From IMG/VR virus record IMGVR_UViG_3300030330_006072: a DNA stretch of 64,000 nt; one strand, written 5' to 3'. The notes below the pieces were generated by a model. It saw only the letters and a program-made list of their open reading frames with translations, did no database searches and was not told the origin of the DNA. The translations under genes and the position numbers were made by a program. The stretch is from an uncultured virus (IMG/VR IMGVR_UViG_3300030330_006072) (lineage: Duplodnaviria; Heunggongvirae; Uroviricota; Caudoviricetes). Positions 57,593 to 64,000 of the stretch are shown here, in pieces (positions within the stretch are counted from its first letter, which is position 1; every line of letters begins with the position of its first letter).

Positions 57593-58498
57593 CTATTTTC
57601 CTAAATATTTTGTGAGATCAAATCCGCCACAATCTATTTTAGCATTGCTAATTTGATAATGATGTACAAATCCCGACCAGTCCCCTTTTGCTGCGGGTTC
57701 AAAAAGACTATCGTATTCTTCTACTTTGCCTTTCCCATCGTTTTGTATTGGACATCGCATCGGAATGTCGCATGCATCGGCAATCGCCCACCAAAGAGCC
57801 TGTGCAGCTTGAATCTGAACATCATAGAAACCAAGATGCTCCTCTAACTCTACTCCTCTCACTTTTCCTGTTACTATTGGTCGTTCTCCAAATCCATTTT
57901 TGACGTACCATGATTGATATTTGTCTGCATAGTATGCATTGCTGATTTCTACTCCTACAGAGAAAGAGTTTTGATTTCCCGCATGCCATGCTTGATGTTG
58001 AATGTCTAAGGTTTGAAAAATTGTACCATCATTATCTATAAGAAAATGTACAGATATCCCTCTATCATCTAAAACTCTTTGACAAGAAGCAGATGATAAG
58101 CACACATCCCAATGATTGACGAATAGTTTTATATGTCGATCGGGGCCAACTTGTTTTCTGTAGCATCCTTCTTTGGCCTTTAAACCATCATCCTCATCCC
58201 ACAAAATAACCTTATCCCAACGTATAGGGAAAAACTCCCCATTGTATACAATGTGATTTGTGTCTCGACTTGACGTTCGAGGTTCCCAAGAGGATATTTC
58301 TGCTTCTCTATCCGTAAAGATTCGACGAAAGGTTTGCATACCTACCATTCCATCCCCTGTTAATCCTTTGGATTTTTGATATGCTATAATGGCATGTATT
58401 AATTCCTCATCATGGTGCTTAAAGCCAAACCACGAAGGCTCCCAACCAAATTTGTTAGATGAATTGACATTGTATTTAAGAATTTTAGATATGTTCAT
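57593..58498 (-). CDS. Endolysin: peptidoglycan-binding domain plus N-acetylmuramoyl-L-alanine amidase (Amidase_2)
   Basis: YQKSKGLTGDGMVG; NHW, SVHFLIDNDGTI, AWHAG, SVGVEI, HH...KIDC. Confidence 0.88.
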   Translation of the reverse strand: MNISKILKYNVNSSNKFGWEPSWFGFKHHDEELIHAIIAYQKSKGLTGDGMVGMQTFRRIFTDREAEISSWEPRTSSRDTNHIVYNGEFFPIRWDKVILWDEDDGLKAKEGCYRKQVGPDRHIKLFVNHWDVCLSSASCQRVLDDRGISVHFLIDNDGTIFQTLDIQHQAWHAGNQNSFSVGVEISNAYYADKYQSWYVKNGFGERPIVTGKVRGVELEEHLGFYDVQIQAAQALWWAIADACDIPMRCPIQNDGKGKVEEYDSLFEPAAKGDWSGFVHHYQISNAKIDCGGFDLTKYLGK

Positions 58499-58552
58499 GG
58501 TACACCTTTTTGATATACTATATTATATTTGTGTAAAATATTGGGAGAAAAA

Positions 58553-58882
58553 ATGGCAATTATTCAAAATACTATTCGAAGCGCACAAGCATCCGCAACG
58601 AATACAACAAGCGTAGCCGCAAGCTTGGCACTACCTCAAAATGCACACACTGTTATAATATACAATCCCGATGGAACAAACAGCGTGTATGTGGCGGAAG
58701 GTACTGCGTCGGCTAGTCCAATATCTGTGGCTCAAGCTTTGATTGTTCCCGCAAACAGCAGTGTAACGTTGGGTATTGGTACGCAAACCATGAGAGGGAA
58801 TCCCCTAGGGGATTTTATCTTTAGCACGTCTGCGGGATCGATATCGGTCACAATAACCTATATTTGTACTAATACCATCTAA
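58553..58882 (+). CDS. Small beta-rich putative virion protein
   Basis: RBS ggag before ATG 58553; S/T/A-rich strands. Confidence 0.6.
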   Translation: MAIIQNTIRSAQASATNTTSVAASLALPQNAHTVIIYNPDGTNSVYVAEGTASASPISVAQALIVPANSSVTLGIGTQTMRGNPLGDFIFSTSAGSISVTITYICTNTI

Positions 58883-60684
58883 TGCATAGACGATTCCCAT
58901 ACCCTTTTTTCCTCACTGGAGAATTAAGAATTGGTTCTGGTTCTGGAGGAAGCGGATCGGCACTTGAAGTAAAAGATGAGGGTGTAACCATAGACTCTAA
59001 TGTCACTGTCCTTAATTTTATTGGTGCAGATGTCCAAGCTTTGTCGGGTGGATCTGGAATTGTATCTATTTACATTCCGCCTCCTTCTTTTGCGTCTCAT
59101 TGGACGACAAGCGATGGAACAACAAACGGAAGTGTATCTGAGAGTATTAGTCGATCAACTGCACGTATATCAACACCTACAAGCGAGGGAAACCCCTTCT
59201 CTACTGGAGGGTGGGCGGGAACAAATCAAAGTTCATCCCTAAACACTACCGTTACATTTACAACTGTATCGGGACAGGCTGTAACAGGATTTGGGGGCAA
59301 CTCTTCTTTTACGATTAATGTATACGATGCGGATGGAACGAGTGTTTTAGCAACATACACTACCCCCTCCTTAACAGGGAATGGAACAAATACGTCTGGT
59401 TCTGGTTTTATATCGGTTACTCTTTCTGGATACGGTGCAGATACAACAAGGTTCAAAGCTGTACCCTCTATCTCGGTACAAATTAATAATATATTGAATG
59501 CAAATTCTCGATCTGGAGGAAGATATCATGTGGTTGCTATAATGACTACTGATGCAGCAACCGATGGAACAGGGCCATATACATACACGCAAACAGCGGT
59601 GTTTTTAGATTCGAACCCTACGACTCCTTCTATCGGTGGAACCACAAGCATTGCCGAAACAGGCGGATCAGTGACCACAAAACATCTAAGTGGGATTGAG
59701 TATTACACAACAGGATCGAGATTTACAATCGATGTTACAGACATTGACCAACTGAATAGAAATACAGCGAGGACGACGAATAACGTGCAAATTACAGCAA
59801 GTAATTATGGAATTTCGAATCTCAATCAAAGCCCGTTTGGAACAGGGTCGGGAAATTTTAGCGGATGGACGAATGCATTTGATCAAGACAATGTCAATTA
59901 TCAGAATACAGCAGCATCGATATCAAGCTCCAACTTTAGATATAGAGGAACAGGAGCATCTGCCTCGGCAACTCCACGAGATACGTGGGCCTCTGGTTCT
60001 ACCCAAACATCATCCAACGCTTCTATATTAGTAGACACATACGGAACAACAAGCTCGGATTTATCAGAAAGTTTTGATGATGAAAATCGAAGACAAACGA
60101 GTAATTTTAACACTGGCAATACTGCGGGAAATTGGACTTCTGCAAACTCTCTTGTAGGTGGTGAGGCTCTAGTCTTGGGCGGACAGCTATTGGTTCCCAA
60201 TCAAGCGACATTGACAAACGGCTCCACCAATAGCGATTTTAGCTCCTATTCTCCGACAATAGGAGGCGCAAACCCAAACTATACTGCTCTTGGTGCTCCA
60301 GCATCTTATTATCGCACAATCGTCGATTCTACTGGCCTTAACCGATCATCATTTACTATCGTGTTCTCTGGTAGTTTTGTTTCGAATGCAACGAATGATT
60401 TAGCCAATGAAAATTTAAAAATCTTTATTCGTAGACGTGCAAGCGCAAATGGTGGAAATGCGGGCTATAATACTGCTTTTCCTTTACTTGTGCATGGAGC
60501 ACTATATAACTTTGCTGCTTTTGATGATGGTGTAAACAACGGTCAAATTCGAGAGGCATCTAGCTCTGGAAATACAGTCAATTGTACTTTTGGAGGCTTT
60601 ACGTGCGAGAACGGATTTTTTATTCAGATTGAGATTGCCAATACAGCTATTAAACTAAGTAGTTTTACGGTTACATTTTTCTAG
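58882..60684 (+). CDS. Large G/S/T/N-rich virion surface protein
   Basis: 600 aa; LEVKDEG...LNFIG fibre-like motif. Confidence 0.65.
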   Translation: MHRRFPYPFFLTGELRIGSGSGGSGSALEVKDEGVTIDSNVTVLNFIGADVQALSGGSGIVSIYIPPPSFASHWTTSDGTTNGSVSESISRSTARISTPTSEGNPFSTGGWAGTNQSSSLNTTVTFTTVSGQAVTGFGGNSSFTINVYDADGTSVLATYTTPSLTGNGTNTSGSGFISVTLSGYGADTTRFKAVPSISVQINNILNANSRSGGRYHVVAIMTTDAATDGTGPYTYTQTAVFLDSNPTTPSIGGTTSIAETGGSVTTKHLSGIEYYTTGSRFTIDVTDIDQLNRNTARTTNNVQITASNYGISNLNQSPFGTGSGNFSGWTNAFDQDNVNYQNTAASISSSNFRYRGTGASASATPRDTWASGSTQTSSNASILVDTYGTTSSDLSESFDDENRRQTSNFNTGNTAGNWTSANSLVGGEALVLGGQLLVPNQATLTNGSTNSDFSSYSPTIGGANPNYTALGAPASYYRTIVDSTGLNRSSFTIVFSGSFVSNATNDLANENLKIFIRRRASANGGNAGYNTAFPLLVHGALYNFAAFDDGVNNGQIREASSSGNTVNCTFGGFTCENGFFIQIEIANTAIKLSSFTVTFF

Positions 60685-60693
60685 GTTTTTATT

Positions 60694-61329
60694 GTGGCTT
60701 TTTTCCCCGATCAATACAAAGTATTTATATCAGAGTCCAACAATCAAATTATTTTATCGGCTCGTATATCGGAAGATGTCGCTGAGACATACTTTTTGAG
60801 TAAAGATCAATGTCTCCCTTTTACAGAGGCTACCGATTTTTCGTCTTGGGCGGGGTCGGACTCTATCATGGGAAAGATCGCCAATAATGAAGCGACATTG
60901 GCCTTGAGAACCAGTGAAGGAGTAAAGTATTATCGGAGTGATGCGGGAACGCTCCTTGTTATGCAAGCTCAAATGAGAACATCCGTTGCATCATTAAATG
61001 ATGACGTGTCAGACTCTGGAGGAAATGCAGCACACCACGCAGATATAAATATAGACTATGAATATATTAGACAAATAATAAAATTTGAACTGAGTATGTT
61101 TAAAGCGGAATTAATGGCGGATTTGGCTCAAAGTAAGCCAAGAGAACCAATTAAGCCTACTCTCACTAAAACTTTAATAAAACCCCCTTCCAGTGTGTAT
61201 GTACCATCGAAAATTACTAATTCAAACTTAGAAGGGAATATTAATATAGAATCCTCTACAAAGGATTCTAATATAGAAAACGCTTTAGAAGCGTTAAAAA
61301 ATCTGAGAAAACAAGGAGATAAAAAATGA
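60694..61329 (+). CDS. Hypothetical protein overlapping the start of the actin-like gene
   Basis: GTG start; 4-nt ATGA overlap with 61326. Confidence 0.65.
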   Translation: MAFFPDQYKVFISESNNQIILSARISEDVAETYFLSKDQCLPFTEATDFSSWAGSDSIMGKIANNEATLALRTSEGVKYYRSDAGTLLVMQAQMRTSVASLNDDVSDSGGNAAHHADINIDYEYIRQIIKFELSMFKAELMADLAQSKPREPIKPTLTKTLIKPPSSVYVPSKITNSNLEGNINIESSTKDSNIENALEALKNLRKQGDKK

Positions 61330-62300
61330 TCGGATTAGACATAGGAACAATGAACATTGTTTGCAGCACCAAAGATCCCTCATCTGGAGAAATATCCACA
61401 AGAAGGATTCGTGATGCATTTTTAGATTTGCCTATTAGCGCAAAACGTATGCTCAAAATGGGATCGAGCAATTTTATCCAAAGAGACGACCTTCTTTATA
61501 TTATTGGAGATCAAGCTTTGGAGGTAGCGAACATCTTTGGAAGAGAGGCAAGAAGGCCATTAAGCCAAGGACTTATATCCAACTCTGAATCGGAAAGTCT
61601 CGATATACTGGCATTTATCATCCAATCATTGATCGGAAATGGGAACGGAGAGAATTGTTTTTACTCAATCCCCGCTAAACCGATTGATAATCCATCTAAA
61701 GATGTGATCTACCATAAAAGGGTATTTGAGCGTATCATAGCAGAATGCGGATATAAACCATGTGCCAGTAATGAAGCAATGGCAATTGTGTTTTCAGAAG
61801 CATCAGAGACGCAATTTTCCGCTATATCGTTTTCATTTGGCTCTGGAATGACGAATGTAGCGATTTCTCTTAATGGGATTGAGTGTTTGACTTTTTCAAT
61901 TCAAGTGGGTGGAGACTGGATCGATAAAGGAGCCTCCCAAGCCCTAGGAATGACGCAAGCAAGGGCCTGTTCAATCAAAGAGAAAGGAATAGACTTGATG
62001 AATCCAAGAGGAAGAGAACAAGAAGCCATCGCCTTTTATTATCGAGAACTCATCGAGTACACACTAGAGCAAACGCACAATGAATTGAAATCAAGAGCGC
62101 AAAAATTCTCTTTGTCTCGCCCAATTCCTATAATTGTATCGGGTGGAACCAGTACAGCCGTTAATTTTGATCTCTTCTTTCAATCGGTATTTGAGCGTTT
62201 ATCCGATAAGTTTCCTTTCAATGTAAGTGAAATCAAAAAGGCTAAAGATCCCTTTAATTCAGTATCCTTGGGCTTACTTATACAATCATTGCAAGAATAA
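61326..62300 (+). CDS. Actin-fold ATPase (MreB/ParM/FtsA/MamK superfamily)
   Basis: Phosphate-1 IGLDIGT, connector NEAMA, phosphate-2 SFGSGMTN, VGGDWID, adenosine IVSGGTS. Confidence 0.85.
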   Translation: MIGLDIGTMNIVCSTKDPSSGEISTRRIRDAFLDLPISAKRMLKMGSSNFIQRDDLLYIIGDQALEVANIFGREARRPLSQGLISNSESESLDILAFIIQSLIGNGNGENCFYSIPAKPIDNPSKDVIYHKRVFERIIAECGYKPCASNEAMAIVFSEASETQFSAISFSFGSGMTNVAISLNGIECLTFSIQVGGDWIDKGASQALGMTQARACSIKEKGIDLMNPRGREQEAIAFYYRELIEYTLEQTHNELKSRAQKFSLSRPIPIIVSGGTSTAVNFDLFFQSVFERLSDKFPFNVSEIKKAKDPFNSVSLGLLIQSLQE

Positions 62301-62309
62301 GGAGGAAGT

Positions 62310-62606
62310 ATGGAAGATTTTGAAATTAGAGTCACGTTTCAATATGAACAACCTACTCAAAAATATAAGATGGATTCAATTAAAAAATCTATTAAAGAGT
62401 TTCAATCTAAGTATTGCGACTTAGCCCGATCGTATCAAGGTTTCTGGATCGATCAAGGGTGGTATGCAATGGAAGACGATAAAAACAAAGCTCGAATCGT
62501 GAAACATGACATTGTGCTCTCTTTTGTTACAAAAGAAGGAATGCTATCTTTCAAGGCTCAAGTTGAAAATATTAAACCTCAAAACGTTTCATTGACGATA
62601 ATCTAA
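62310..62606 (+). CDS. Hypothetical protein
   Basis: RBS aggagg. Confidence 0.7.
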   Translation: MEDFEIRVTFQYEQPTQKYKMDSIKKSIKEFQSKYCDLARSYQGFWIDQGWYAMEDDKNKARIVKHDIVLSFVTKEGMLSFKAQVENIKPQNVSLTII

Positions 62607-63646
62607 TGGGTTTTTCCAACCAAGAAAGAATTAATATGAATTCCGCTGCCCTTGCAGCGGGTGTAATTGATGCCAATTCAAGTGCTCAATGGTATGAAAA
62701 GCAATTCGGATTCTCTTTTATTCTGAATGCTAATACGGTCTGGACGCAATTATCATCCATTCCAACTGCTGCAAACTTAACGACAGCTAGAAACAACGCA
62801 ACGGCAAACCCAACTTTGATCCAAGACCTTAGCCAAGCATCAGACGCAAAAAGGCTCACCAAGGTAGCGGGTACGAATAACTCGACGTTTGCCGCATACT
62901 CGACGTATAACGACACATCGAGTACTCTTTTAAAAAATTGGCTTCTTCCCCAATTGGTTCCTCAAGCCTCTGGTGCTCCTTCTAATGGTTATTCCATCAA
63001 TCTATACAATGGAGATCCCGACAGTGGAGGAACTCTCATTACAACAACGGTAGGCCAAACAGGAACAGGAACGACAAAAAGTGTCGGATGGATTTGGAAT
63101 TATGCTTTAGGGATTCTCCTTCTATCCGATGACTTCTACTCTCAAAGTGGCATCTCTTCTGCTTCCTTTGATCCGTATGTGGTAGGATTCCGATATATCG
63201 GCAATACCGCCTCAAGTGGAGTATCGACAACCGCAACAAGAACGACATCATCGGGTGTTGCGGATGAAACAATAGCCATAGGAGACGTTCTACGATTCGC
63301 CTTGAACGGAGAAGCGGGACTAACAGCGGGTAGACTGGTAAAGGCCAATGCAACGTCTGTAAATGGATCTGAGGTGGTTGGAATAGCGACAAGTGGGGGA
63401 TCTCAAGGGGCAAGCATAAACTATGCAACATCTGGCGAAGTCGCTGTAAAATTTGGCTCAAATCCCGCTACGACCGACAATGGAAAGAAGGTTTTTTTAA
63501 ATACAACCAGTGGACAGGCCACATTTACGGCTCCTACAGCATCGGGCCAAACGATAGTGCGCCTTGGGCATATAAACGGTGCAACAGGAAGCACAAGCAC
63601 ACCAACCATTGTTCTAAATATAATGGTTGTGATGCAAATAGGATAA
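62606..63646 (+). CDS. Putative virion surface protein with cement/DUF2190-like C-terminal domain
   Basis: IAIGDVL...VVGIA...SGEV...GKKVFL...G...TAPT.SG...LG; parallels the C-terminus of 37442..39784. Confidence 0.65.
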   Translation: MGFSNQERINMNSAALAAGVIDANSSAQWYEKQFGFSFILNANTVWTQLSSIPTAANLTTARNNATANPTLIQDLSQASDAKRLTKVAGTNNSTFAAYSTYNDTSSTLLKNWLLPQLVPQASGAPSNGYSINLYNGDPDSGGTLITTTVGQTGTGTTKSVGWIWNYALGILLLSDDFYSQSGISSASFDPYVVGFRYIGNTASSGVSTTATRTTSSGVADETIAIGDVLRFALNGEAGLTAGRLVKANATSVNGSEVVGIATSGGSQGASINYATSGEVAVKFGSNPATTDNGKKVFLNTTSGQATFTAPTASGQTIVRLGHINGATGSTSTPTIVLNIMVVMQIG

Positions 63647-63654
63647 GCGATAAT

Positions 63655-63762
63655 ATGATTTTAAATATATTAAGTTACATAAAAAACTCGAGTTTTTTGT
63701 ATAAAGATTTTTGTGAAGCATGTGAATGTGATCCTTGTGATTGTGGGTGGGGACATGACTAG
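63655..63762 (+). CDS. Possible 35-aa Cys-rich peptide
   Basis: My translation ends CEACECDPCDCGWGHD; below the ORF-track cutoff. Confidence 0.45.
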   Translation: MILNILSYIKNSSFLYKDFCEACECDPCDCGWGHD

Positions 63763-64000
63763 ATTTAAATGGCTACCATTAGATGATGTCGTGAGAAGCA
63801 TTCCTGTTATGGATAAATACAACGTCTCCAGAGTAGCCAGAGGACTCGATGACTCGGAGCAAACAAAGGAGGGATTCATAGAGGCTTATATCGCTGTAAA
63901 GGGCGACAAGAACAAAATGATGACTCGTATCACTGGAAGGATGCGTAAAGGCCAAGAAGTCGAAACGTGGGCCGATAGAAGGAATCAATTTGTTGCTCGA
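63755..64000 (+). CDS. Partial ORF running off the window
   Basis: Open frame MTRFKWLPL...VSRVARG...GFIEAY...WADRRNQFVAR. Confidence 0.7.
   Translation, partial: MTRFKWLPLDDVVRSIPVMDKYNVSRVARGLDDSEQTKEGFIEAYIAVKGDKNKMMTRITGRMRKGQEVETWADRRNQFVAR

Larger units (their letters stand above)
1..64000. mobile_element. Fragment of a large bacterial virus genome, possibly non-tailed with an internal membrane
   Basis: Dense, mostly co-oriented ORFs with lysis, replication/recombination, methyltransferase and virion-like modules; no cellular housekeeping genes, rRNA or tRNA seen. Confidence 0.9.

Noticed and set aside
61270..61312. IENALEALKNL as a tag copy in 60694
   Set aside because: No RF; generic amphipathic helix

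Overview
The whole 64 kb window reads as part of one large, AT-rich, gene-dense bacterial virus genome. A bacterial host is supported by sigma70 promoters, Shine-Dalgarno sites, a peptidoglycan amidase and a lytic transglycosylase. I could not recognise a terminase, portal, HK97 capsid, tail tube, tape measure or FtsK/A32 packaging ATPase in the window. Instead there is a morphogenesis-like operon (4.7-14.6 kb) containing a transglutaminase-like Cys enzyme, an Arg/Lys-rich protein with repeated 'NP' motifs and four small beta-rich proteins that could be single jelly rolls. Many other proteins carry C-terminal membrane anchors. Together these suggest, by inference only, a non-tailed virus with an internal membrane. 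The most striking signal is a ~15-aa amphipathic tag, about [DE]xx[ILT][IL][NEK]ALxxRF[KES][ASD][IL], shared by seven otherwise dissimilar large proteins. These include a 2305-aa DarB-like methyltransferase-SNF2 fusion, a second SNF2 ATPase, a J-domain protein and an HExxH metallopeptidase. The tag is a candidate virion-loading or ejection signal, and in two genes it is duplicated at DNA level together with the RBS. Other content: a 10-bp-phased GTAYATA array at the left end, an actin-fold ATPase, three HPD/J-domain proteins, three SNF2 ATPases, two solitary methyltransferases, a primase/SSAP/RusA replication-recombination block, a tyrosine recombinase, a CREST-like membrane hydrolase, cassette-like early genes and many near-perfect intergenic palindromes. 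All family assignments come from motif recognition by eye; no database searches were run.
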